DNA from: Bigelowiella natans CCMP2755
Lineage: Eukaryota > Protista > Cercozoa
Direction: 5' to 3'
Length of the DNA stretch: 64,000 nt
Assembly: GCA_000320545.1 (NCBI GenBank)
Contig: ADNK01000179.1
Location: forward strand, 1-64,000
Shown: positions 13,372 through 25,600 of the stretch, piece after piece
Layout of the letters: each line of letters begins with the position of its first letter
Position numbering within the stretch: position 1 is the first letter of the stretch
Notes under the pieces: model-generated
What the model was told of the DNA's origin: nothing
Databases searched by the model: none
What the model saw: the letters and a program-made list of their open reading frames with translations, nothing else
Position numbers and translations under genes: made by a program

Positions 13372-13560
13372 CGTGTAAATTTACGTGTTTCTGCTCCCTC
13401 CCTCTTTCAACCACTTCAGAGCAAGTTCCCAGCGTCGGGCTATGATAAGTGGTTGGCAGTCGACGAGGGGTCCAAGGTAGTGCTCTCTCTCGCTCTCTGT
13501 ACATGTCATGTGTAATAATAGTTGGGTATCAATAGAATGCAACATTTATTATATGAATAA

Positions 13561-13598
<38 letters not shown>

Positions 13599-13619
13599 CC
13601 AATGTTCAAGACCATGCTA

Positions 13620-15070
13620 AGCCGACGATGGAGGGTGAAGACAAACTCTCCTCGTGTTTCGTTGTTCTATCGATCTTGTTTTTTGAGGATTCCTCAGATT
13701 TATTAGCCACCTCTCCAATAACATAGGATATTGTCCTCGTTGAAGATTACGAAAAGGCTCTGCGTATCAGATTGGTGAAGCGACGGTGCGCGCCCCCCCC
13801 CCCTCCCCCCCCTTCCCTCCTGAAGAATGATAATAATTAAAATCGCCTCCGTTGTTCGCAATATGCTGACCTTGCCGTCTCTTTGCTGGTTTAGAGACGA
13901 GTCACTCAAGGCGGTGATTTCTAAGCGAGCCAGAAGCAAATCGCAGCAACGCAAAACATCATCATCATCATCATCATCATCGTCGTCGTCGTCGTCATCG
14001 TCATCATCCCCAACTGGGAAGAAGAAGGAGGCCCTCTCCAAAATAGAGCTTGGGAAGAAATACAAGTAGTAAATACGGAATGTCATGTGCGCCACCATTT
14101 CTTATGCTCCGTCCCTCGCCCTCCCTTTATTCCTATCCCCACCCCCTACCCCCCACCCCCCCCCACGAACTCTTGACAGTATCATTGTCTTTATCGCCAC
14201 GAGCCACCACTGCATTGCAGCGAAAGCACTGATATCTTCTCGTACACCTTGCTTCTGCGACGCTGCTGTTCATCGTTGATCACATCAGTTACTACCTTTA
14301 GGTATCTCGGATGCTATAAAGACAGCTACGATCGAGATCTGCCGGTTATTCTCCCAATCCCCCCCCCCCTCCCCCTTCTTAACTTGTGATCTGCTGCAGT
14401 AGTATTACTCTGTTTGCAAAGGATGAATATTACTGCTTCTGTGGCTCTAGGTAGGCATACACCACACGACCCATGAAAGCGGCGAAGCTCGGATCTCGAA
14501 TCCATGTAGCAGCAGAAAACACCCACAATCGTTGTCCTGCGCCCCCCCCCACACTTCGTTGATGTCAACGTTGTTGTTATTTATGCGTTAGCTACGGAAA
14601 TGGAGATCACAAGAAAATGGACGACTATGAGTGTGGCAGGCCCGACAAATGCGGCATTGGTCCTTGTGGAGAGGTAGTAATAATAGTAGAAGTAGTTGTA
14701 GAAGGAAAAAGTAGAGGGATCTCAGGAATATTGAGCAATACTATGGCGGGTATAAAAAGGATGCCGTGCTGTTAATGATCGTTCCCATTATCCAGCGGAA
14801 CATCATAACGGTTTGTATCACGCGATTTCACCTGCCCGCCATTTTTTTGCCGCTGTTGCGATGGCAGCATCAAAGCTATTAGAGATAAACATCCACACAT
14901 GTACAGCAATCTTATATGGGAAAAGCGTTACTTGTGCACTGCTCGGTGGAAACTCCTGGACATTTTTCTTCTCCTTCAGCACGCCTCCTACTATCTTTCT
15001 GCGTTGATCCCTCGTCTTTCTTTCCCACACGCACTCCATAATTTCTTCTTTCTCATCATCAGGGAATGAG
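13620..15070 (-). CDS. Possible fragmentary multi-exon hypothetical gene
   Basis: Coding-looking pieces (13703-14098, 14818-15039) and a GTAACG donor near 14930. No clean model can be built. Confidence 0.2.
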
Positions 15071-15639
15071 AAATGCGGTCTACGGGTTTCAGTAATAAAC
15101 GCATGAGCAGCCTGGAAGAGAGAAAAACGTGCATCGATGGCACAGTATTCTATTACATAACTGTGCTGTAGAGGTTGCTTCGTGGAAGGTTATTACTTGA
15201 GCTTGATCGTATGAAACAAAAAAGACGAGTTCGTTCAATCCAGCGCACCGATGATGTACATCGAGTTTGACACACCATTTTCACTCGCTCACACAGCATT
15301 GCATTCGATCCAACCAACATCGCGCAGTGCAGAACATGAAATATGTGCCCAAGGTGTCGCACGATTTTGAGCGCTGCCGCAGCTTTCCATGGCTATAGAC
15401 GCCATGCAACTTGAGGGGGTCACGGATGAATCAGCGGGGCCCATGATCCTTTCAGCTGCCTGTGGACTGGTTCATTCGTTCAATGATCGAGAGAGGCACA
15501 ACATCGTCTAGATCGTGCATAGAAGAGCCTCCCTGGCGGAGTGTGGAAAGAGCCCTTGTTGCTAGTACGCTCTGTCTAGCTAGCTGTGTTGAGCATGCAC
15601 GAGCGCACGTACGTTGATCTTGGAACCCTGCCTGCTCCT

Positions 15640-16720
15640 GAACCATGATGGACATGCAATATGTGATGTATGCACAATGCATGTACATGTGTGAGACGGA
15701 TGCAATGAAATGTTCAAATTTTTTCAATGGTCATCCCAATGCAGCTGTGCAATGCAGCGGCTACAGCGCTTAAATTGTGTCTGTTTGTTTCCTTGGTCAC
15801 ATGTTGCATGCATGAAAATGCATCATGATTTGGTCTAGCATGTCGTGCTTTGCGCGCAGCTTTGCGAGTTGATTTTTCTGCGGTTGTGAGACGCGTAGTT
15901 TCATCGTTGCGATCCATGATGGCCGTCAGTTGTTTGTTGATTCTGAGTCTCTGTGGTCCGTGTTTTTTGCATTGCAGAATGTGGTCCATGTCTTGCAATG
16001 TGTTGCACGTGTCGCACATTGCTAGATTGCTTCCAATTCTGTGCGTTGTCCTCTGGACAGCAAAAAAGTTCCAAGGTTGCCAACACCACAGATGGCGCGC
16101 ATCCATGATGTGGCAATGCTTGGCAGCTTCAATGCAATTCCTGTTGTGCGAGAGCCAGGCATGAAACCAAGTTTCTTCAAATGCATGGCCTTTGTTCTCT
16201 CTTGGCACCAGTTTGTTTTGAAGTTGGATGTAGCGATCGGCATGATCGTTTTGTTGTGTGTGTTCAATTTCTTTTTCAGTGTATTGCTTGTAGCACGTGT
16301 TGTGGGGTGTTCCGCTCCAAGCAATTTGGTCGTGATCAAACTGAGTCGGCGGTGCAAGGACACTCTGTTCCACGACCTAGTTGTGTCATGCCATTTGTGT
16401 TCCAGTGAGGATTTAACGTGGCATCCGAAAGAGCTCTAATTGAGTACTTCTTCTTCCACCACGTGTCCGTTGCCATCATTTTTGTCCACCCATGCATTGG
16501 TTCGCAACCATGATTTGGTGCGTTGAACTTGTGTGCAATGATGTGGTGGCAATGTTGCCGCTAGTGCATGCATGGGGTGTGTCATTGGAAAAGGATCCTG
16601 GTGATCCCAGCACTCTTTTGAGTGTTTGTGATTCCATGGAATCCAGCCGCTTCACTTCAAGATTTTTGCGATGTGTGCATTTACATGTGCACACATGATC
16701 GACACATTGCTGTGTCTGTC
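15640..16720 (-). mobile_element. 5'-truncated, frameshifted non-LTR retrotransposon (LINE) remnant: C-terminal ORF2 region with CCHC zinc knuckle and 3' tail
   Basis: CDTC-x7-HILQC-KKHGPQR fits the C-x2-C..H..C-x2-Y-x3-R motif at LINE ORF2 C-termini. ORFs 16022-16363 and 15714-16060 join by a frameshift. The 3' end is repeated at 51238-51337 and 5756-5850. Confidence 0.65.
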
Positions 16721-18044
16721 ATGTTTGTGATGGACATGCGTACACGATGCAACATGAAACATGATGTGCACATGCACAACATGTTGCTGTGTCCATTGCA
16801 ACCGATGTGACTACTGGCAAATGAACACGTCGTCCACGTCGAGTCTCCATGCGTGCATTGCTAGCGCAAAACCACGGCATGAACATGACGAACACTGCTG
16901 CGTGCAGCACGCGCACTGGTCTATTGTTATGATGGCATTGACGATGCAAAAACCTTATTCCAGCATGCTGAATGCTGTAAAAGCCAGCATCATCACAAGT
17001 GCGTGTGTGCGCAGCATTGCTCGGTACTCGTACACACACACACACACACACACACAACACACGCACACACACGCATGTGCAATGGTGTTTCAGATAATTG
17101 TCATGCATGCATAGCTACATGTATTTGTACCATTAATGGTGGTGGCTATGTTGTAGATGTAAAACATCAACGCAGCAGCGGTTCAAAAATGAAAAAAGAT
17201 AAGAAGAATCTAGACGTCGCACACTGCTAGCTGCTCATCTACTTTGTTGGTAGCTCATCATTGGTGGGGAAGTCAGAAGGATACTGTTTTTTTCACTTCT
17301 CTGTACGACGGGTGATTACTTTATAATTGGGGAATGAAACAGTGATCCAGATAAACCGCACAGCAAAAATTATTTCGCGTGGCTGGATGTAGGGGTTGAA
17401 GGAGGTTCATCGTCCTCTATCTCACTTAAAGTAGTATAAACTTGTATCTAATTGCTTGTTAAAAGCATGGGGGTTGTTGGCAGGCCGGTATGTATTATTT
17501 GTGGCACGTTCTCATTGATCCGGAATAGGAAAATAACCAACATGAAAAAATTAAAAAAAAGTTCGTGAAGATTCATCATCAAGTGACTTCCAACATTGCT
17601 TTCGTTCGATCTATGGTCAACGCGCGCTGGGATGCCGCCGCTATAAATTTAGTAAAAAAAGGCGGCCTCTGTTCAGGGGGACCCAGATACTGCTTGAGAG
17701 AATGAGAAGTCAACTGTGATGTAGTGATGGAATACTGGTGGAACAACGGATATTATCTTGTGTTTGTGAGAGAGGTTTCGGTAGTAAGTAGTTATGGATT
17801 TGATTTAGAGGTCGAAGAGGGTCTTGCTTGATGTGCCGATGTACGGATTCTGGCAGGTGATGGGATGTTGTGTTGTGTTCTATGGAAGGATTGGTTGCTT
17901 TAAATTTAGAGGGAAAAAAAAATTGAGGTAGAAAATAAATGTACACTCTCTAAAGAATGAGAGATAAGGGGGAGGAGGGAGAGCGGTATCGTAGGCTCAG
18001 GACACGCAGCTGTGTAGTGGACAATACATTAATTATCCTCCACG

Positions 18045-19646
18045 CTATCTTCCATGCTGCATGGCCTCCTTCTTCATATGCTGAAGCCATTTGCCTATGA
18101 TATTTATCTCTTTTTTTGTGAAAATGCACTCTCGCAGCGCATCGGAATCTGTCGAATCGTCTGAGATGTCTGCCGGGTTGACGCGGGCAACTTCGTGCTT
18201 CTGCACGATCTCCACTTCGCTCGCCTCGCTGTCCGAACTGATATCGTCCCGCACAGGCTGAAGGATCTGCACCGGCTTCGCGGTGGCGGTTCCTCTTGTG
18301 CGTGGGATCTTTTTGAGCGTAAGGCGTGGGATGTGGCCGTAGCCCATGCGTCTCCGTGACACATAAAGCCACATGTCCAGAAGCTTGCGCTGAATCGTGC
18401 CATCTTCGACGACGACGTCCACACCGTCGGACTCGAATTCGGACGAGTCGACAGAGACCTGAATGGGGGGGGGAGGGGGCACGACGTGAGGTTCAAACCG
18501 TAAATCATTTGCTCAGATAATAGTATTTCCCAATTCTCGAAGGAAGAGAAACAAACCTCTGCTTGAGGTTTCTTGGACTGCTTGCTGATGCGGCAGACGC
18601 GGCAGAGTGTTCTGAACCGTCCATTCGCGTCGTAATATTGACGCCACTGGTCCGATTCTGGCATGTCGAGGATGTCCTTTGGCCATCCGGGGAAGCCTGA
18701 GAGCGGGAGATAATGTATAAGCCTCACGACACAAAACAAAATCCGTTTGTCGTTGCTACTAATGCAATGAGGATGAGAGGGAAATCACATGTACACGCGG
18801 CAACTTTGCTACCTTCTGCGCGCTCGTTGTTGAAGGCGATCATGAGAGACTCGAACTCGGTGAGCTGCTCCACCATCAAGCCATGCTTGGAGCCGCACCT
18901 CAAGCACGCCAACCTCTTGCGCGACACGTCCACCGATTTGACGAGGTACTTGAACTTGCGGATCTGCCGCGCCTTTGCAAGCCAGAAGAGCATAACTCCC
19001 TTCGTGATTGGGCTGGCATGACTGACATTGAACGTTCCTGTCATGAAGTTGGCCTCGTCTGCGTCGCTGTCGGACGAGATGTCGAATCGGCACTGCGCGA
19101 GCTTGCCATCCTCCACCAGCTTGTGGTACGCGCGCGTGAGGAACGGCCGGTTTTGCTTGAGCAACTTGCGCGTGAGGATGTACGGCAGGTTCTCGAAGAT
19201 CCAGGGCTGGTTGTACTTGATGAACTGGTTCTTTGCCATCTGTTGGACGAATTCATATGCATAGGGGAGGAACAAACCGTATTAGAACAACAAGGTTTTA
19301 TCGTCATCGTTAGAGTCGAAATATGAAAATCTGTTGATTTTACGACCATTCGTGTCAAGGCGCCACGTGGGAGCTTGCCCTCGCGGACGTACATCATCTC
19401 CTTCTTGGCACGCTTTTCGGCGTTGATCCTCTCGAGCTCGCTTTCTCCCTCGATCTTGTACCTGTGGCGAGGTTCCCAGATCTCCCATTTCTGACGAGAA
19501 AGAAACATACACAATTATTACGTGCAGCGCATACAAGCTTCGAAAGTTTTCGTTTCCATTCAGTATCATCACTCCCATCATCATTATCTGCACACACACA
19601 CACACACACACACAACATAAACACAAGCATATATATAAATATATAA

Positions 19647-19682
<36 letters not shown>

Positions 19683-22600
19683 CCTCTGCCAGCTTGACCA
19701 CAGCCGTCATCAGAGTCAACGCACTGAAAGCCACAAAAAGGCACAGAGCGGGCGCAATGTAGTCGTTTAATGGCGAGTATTCTGCTCTCAACATAATGGT
19801 CATTCCAATCATGAGATAGCAGATCCCCACTCCTCCCAAACTCGTGACGAAGTAGTACTGGCTCGAGAAGCACAGGTTGTCGATACTTTGTAGGGGTGGA
19901 GAGAGGGTCTCGTCCAACGAGTGTTCGTGTCCTCGCCAACGCATCTTACGGGTGCGGAAGCGATGTTGGGCGTACTCGACGTAGTCGAAGATCGGCCATC
20001 CGTAGAGGATCTCCAGAGCTTGGAACACAAAGACGTTCATAATCACCTCCCCAATTGCGACGAAGACGGCAAATATGAAGTAGTAAAGGATGTCCTGCTG
20101 ACGGATTCCGAAGTTGGTAGGAATTCGAGTCTCCTCAGCGAAGAGATAGATCAGCAAGATGATCACAGGTGTCAGGAAGCAACCGAGAACTTCCGCGCAA
20201 TACTCACTGTAGTTCTCAACCATCGGCTCGATATGCTGTGCCTCCATCTCGTCGCAGAGGTCTTGGATGTCAGACATGACGTTCTGGGTCATGAAATGCA
20301 GCCCTCGCTTTTTGTATATCCAGAGCTGAACCTTCTTGACAGCAATGGGGAACGTCAAGGACAGCTTGGCAAGCTGGGGGTCCAAGAAGACCTTCATCGT
20401 CATACCAATGACGATTTCGAGGAGGAAACTAGTTGCGAAATCTTCGAATGTGTCCGCACCCATAGTAGCAATCATGAGAGCAGTGAAGACAGCCATCTTT
20501 CCGGGAACCATAAGCAAGGCCTCTCCAATCACAGTCTCGATGACGTGCATGGCGAATTCCTCAACGAAAGTCAGGAGGACGACGATAGCAATGGCGTTCG
20601 AACCGAAGAATTCTGAGTAGGCGAATTCTAGGAGCCACACGAGCGAAACACCGAGCAACGTGTTGAAGAAGAACACGAACGCCCGTTTCCACGTCGAGGG
20701 ATTCCACATATCTGTCTGCTGGGACATCAGTGGCTTCATCCACGGAACCATGAGGATGGCCGTGTAGTTGATCATCACTAAACCGACGCAGAGTTGCATG
20801 AGGCCGAAACGGCCGAACGAAGTCTGCTTAACTTCGTCGGAAGAGAGCAGACCTCCTTCAAGGAAATCTCCTTGAAGATTGCTATATGGGTTAAATCCAG
20901 CTGCGATTGTGTAGCAAACACCGAGGCCAGCCATGGCGGGCACAAGAACCATCGTTAATCCCGTTACCGGCCCCTCCAGTAAAGTCATCGCGAAGAAGCC
21001 GAATCTGAAGTTCGGCTTCTTGATCATCGTGGACAACTTGCGCACGGTGAAGTAGAGTACAATGGCATAGGAGACGGCGACAAAAACGACCAGGAAGAAC
21101 AACACCAAGAACACAGGTGCCTCATACGTGAAGTTGTTGATAAGATCAATCCACGTGAGTGGCGTCCATTTAACGGTGAGTTTGTAGTAGCCATATTCCA
21201 CGTTATTCAGGATCGAATCGTTCACTTTTCCAGCATCGTACTTGGGAAGACCAGGCACAGCCGTGAAGTTTAGCAGCGATATCTCCCCAAACACCACCTG
21301 CTTCTCCGTCTCGGTGATCTGGTAATATCCTATCTCAATCACCACCTCGGTTGGCACGGCGAACTTCTTACCGAAGTTGTTAGTATTTTCCACCACTCGG
21401 ACGGGGATGAGGTCGTCGGTCTCTAGGATGGATGTGAAGTGGGAGTATTCTTGGCGGTACACTCCGGGCTCGACAGGAACAGCGCCGATGTGGAAGAGAA
21501 TCGTGTCTTCCGGAACGTCGAACCAGCGGAAATGCTTAGAGTCTCCTTCGAGTTTTTCTTCTATCCTGCACTGCGTCTTGTGCACGCATGTGTCTGCAAC
21601 CGGCTCTTGGAACCAGTCGAAAGGCCCTACAATCGTCGGCGAGTCGACGAGCTTGCAGTAGTCAGGGTGCTCGGTGAAGTAGGAAATAGGTATGTGGCTG
21701 TCGAAGCCGACGCACGAGGAGAAGTACGGCAAATAGGTCATCGTCAAGATCTCGTCCGTCTTCGCGTTCTTCCAGTACCTTTGCTGATGAGGCACGTACG
21801 AGTCATTGTACAGGTAGGTCATGTTAGCGTCCTTAGTTCCGGTGTCGACCATGGCGATCACGTCGCTATTTTCAAGGATGTTGAGCGGAAGCTTGATGGG
21901 GTACGTGAACCGACCGTACATCTCGCTCTTGTAGAGCAACGCCACAAACTGAGCTTGCGTGCCGGCTATTGCACGACTGGGTTCTCGGACGTCTATCTTA
22001 CAGACGTCGGTGAAAAGGCCGATGTACCGCTCGAAACGTCCATGATACATCTCCAGGTGGATGGAAACCTCGATTCGCTTCTCAGCCAGAAGCCTGATTC
22101 TGAAAGCATCCTTCTTCGACGTCATATTCCTATTGAAATAGATTGGGAATTCTTGCTTGTCCATGTCTCTTCCATACTTGAGTGTGTCATCAGCGCGGAT
22201 CACGATCTCGAAGTGCTCCGTCCAATTCATCCTGGCCGTCAGGTTATCGTAGTTGTTGAGGAACGTAAAGTTGCAGTCCAGATCGATGGTGGACGCTGCG
22301 TCGATTGTCTTCGTCCAATCATCGTTGAGAATGCCCACCATTGGGACAGTCTTCGCTATCACCTCGCACTCGCACGGCGTGGTGCAGAAAGAGCAAGTCT
22401 TCTTACAGTGATCGACATGGGAGGATCCTGGTTTTGAGGTGGTACCTCTGTCACATTTGTACTTCATTCCAAGATTGCCGGGATAATCCTCTGTCTTGTT
22501 CGGGCAGAAGTAGCCGCGCGGGCAAACGTTGAATTTTGATGAGTAAGGAGAGCTTCCTGATGGGCAGTAGTATCCTGCCTTACATGGCATGTCGTACTGC

Positions 22601-25600
22601 ATTGAAGGGGTGGTTCCAGGTCCACACATGTAGCCACCGGGGCATTGCTGGTCACTGAAAGTCCTGGCATCGGAGCGCTCCTTGCACACATAGCCAGGCT
22701 GGCAAAGGTTCGCAGGGTCGAGCTGCGGAGGCTCGGTGCGGCCATCCGTGACACACATCCAACCCTCGCTACAGTTGTAGCAGTCGGAGGGATAGGCGAG
22801 CGCGGAAAGATTCGACCAGGTTCCTCCGGGACACTTCTGGCATCGGATGTGGTTTCCAGACCTCCACTCGGCCTTGCCACACGGTGTCGGAACGACAGTT
22901 TTCTCGTAGCGGCATTCGGATCCGAGGTCGCAGGACAGACATTCTGGCATGCCCGGCCGCGGCGAGTAGGTTCCAGGAAGACACTCGTGTGGGTGATTGC
23001 TTCCAGGAGGGGAGTACCATCCGGAATCGGTGAGGATGGGATTCGTTGTGCCGCGGGGGCAGTAGTACCCACCGGGGCAGATTGCAGTCCCCGTTGGAGT
23101 CATGGCGCCGACGGTGTTGTTGGCATTGATCTGGCAGTAGTAGCCCTGGCTACACTGCTGCGGGGTTGTGTAGTTGCCTTCAATTGTCACGTTTGTCTCC
23201 GTACCGCCCACACAGAATGTTCCGTTGGGGCAAGGATACATCCCACGATGCTTGAGATTATTGTAGAGAGGCACGTACAGGGCCAGATCTGAGTCTTTCG
23301 CCAAGTGCGTGGTGCGATTCCAAGTGGTGGTTCCCTTGAGGCAGTAGTGCCCTGGTGGACACATAGCCGGTTGGGCTCGACCCCAGTCTGCGCAAATCCT
23401 TCCCGGAGGACAAATGAACGGCAAAGTGGTCATGTAGTGAGGACAGTAGTAGCCGAGAGGGCAGATCGTGCAGATCGACATCTCTTCGAACTCGTTGTAA
23501 GTTCCAGGAGGGCACATCAGCGGTTCCTTGCCGCCCATCGGGCAGAAATAATCCCGCGGGCACTTCTGCGGCAGCATTCCCGTCGGGCAGTACCAGCCCT
23601 TAGGACATGGCCCGTCTCCACGTGGAGTGCGTGACCCTGGGTTGCACATGTATCCGTCCCAGCACTTCTGGGCAAAGGCTGTGATGCCCCGTGCGCCATC
23701 CCAGCGAGGATAAGTGCTGTTATCGGTGAGATCAGGCGCCCGTGTCGTGTTTGCGAAACTAACGCCTTCTGTGCAATAATAGCCTGCAGGGCATGGTAGC
23801 GGCAGGTTGACGATCTCACGGGAGCCATCGTTGGTGCCATCCATTTCCCATAGCCTTGTTTGGGTTGCATCGGTGACGTAGACACGCGAGTGGAGACCCT
23901 CTTTGTACGAGTGTCGGTGCCCGACTTCGCCCATACAGTTGGTATATCGGCAGAAGTCGAGGTTGCGAATCCATTCAAGGTCCGAGATTACGCCATCCAG
24001 ATCGAGGATCTTTATGGGCCCGAGGATGGCGCGATGGTTGGGGTTCCATTTCAGCCAATGAACTCGGCTCCCAGTAGTAACTGCACCGTCGGTGCGGAAG
24101 AACATGTACACGTCGTGAGTCGCCGTGATGAAATCGGGGTTGGAACTGCCGGACCCCGGCTCAATGTCAGCGACTAGGAACGTGCCTGCGGCCGATCCAT
24201 TTGTCATCCACAGTTCCTGCCCGTAAACCCCATCGTTCGCACTGAGATAGATGGTGTCGTGGAAGGTTGTAAGGTATTTGGGGTCTGAACCACCCGCGCC
24301 ATTGTTGATATCGACGAGCAGAACGGTCGTGGCGAGTGTTCCTCTCGTAGACCACACCTCCCGCCCACTTCCCTGTCCATTGTCTCCCGCAAAGAGAACT
24401 GAGCCTTTGTGTATGGTGAGGAAGGTTGGCTCTGTCACGAACCACTCCAGGTCCTTCGTAGAGGCTACGGTGCCTCCACTGACGAACAAACCCCATTGGG
24501 TTCCGTCCGTGGCAGTGAAGATGATCTTGTCGCCCAGGGAAGTCCAGAAGGTCACGTTAGAGCCTGATGAAGCGTGGATATCGCGGAGCAGCACTGGCGC
24601 AGTCGGCGCTCCGGGCACTCCAATCGACCAGTTGGTCCACAGTTCCGGGCCGTCGCGCAAGTAATCCCTCGGATGAGGGCCAAGGCCGATTTGGTTGAGG
24701 AAGAATTTCTTCTGCATGAATGGCATGGAGGCATTGACGAAGTACCACTCGTTCGTCTGCTTAGCGTAGAGTTCCGTGTCGAACCCACGGGTGCGGACCC
24801 GGCCATAGCGGTAATCGCGGGGTCGGTGAGAAATGGTACTCACGAATGTTTCCGTGCCCTCCGGGCAGTAGTGGCCCTGTGGACAAGGATGTTTCGCATA
24901 GATCGTTCCCGCCAAGTGGCACGTGAACCCGCTCGGACAGGGGAGAGGAGTGTGCATGCCAGCCCTTGGGCAGACAGTTCCGCGGGGGCACAGTCTGCAC
25001 GAGCTGTTCCGCCCGGTCGGCATGTAGCTTCCAGGTGGACACAGAGTCACATTTGGCGCGGCGAGAGAGTCCTCGTTGAACGTACCGCTTGGGATGGGAT
25101 CGTAGGTCATATGGTTCTTGTACTCGAACGGCTGTGGGTCCTTCAGCAACAGTCTCACGTTATCCACCGAGTAGTCTTGCAGGTTGTTCGAGATCTGGAC
25201 ATGGACGTTCTCGCCTCTGATCTTCCAATCAGGCACTTCGCAGTACACTAAGTTCTGGGAGAGCCAAGTCGCGTTCGTGACGTAGGTCCCCTTAAATCGG
25301 CAACTCAGCGTGCTGACGTTGGCAAACCCAGCGCCGTAGACGAACACATACCGCTGCAAGTCGCTGTACGTTTCGTTCGGACTCACGGCCATGACCGTTG
25401 GGATAGCCGTGTATGTGACCTTACCAAATATCTCCTCCTGGTAGTAATGGTATCGGTTGTTGCTCACCTCGAGATCGTAGCTGCCCATGGCAGGGAATGC
25501 GCTTCCCTCGAAGTTGTAGTCTGAATGAGTAAGGGTTCCAAACCCGGACAGAAAACTGTATGCGGGCGCTTTGCATCGGATCGACGATTGGTTCAGATAC

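Noticed and set aside
19282-19683. C-terminus of the 4539-aa ORF (IYIYIY...CVCVCV...)
   Set aside because: Read-through into the SSR-containing intron 19491-19683; the true frame resumes at KWEIWEPR.
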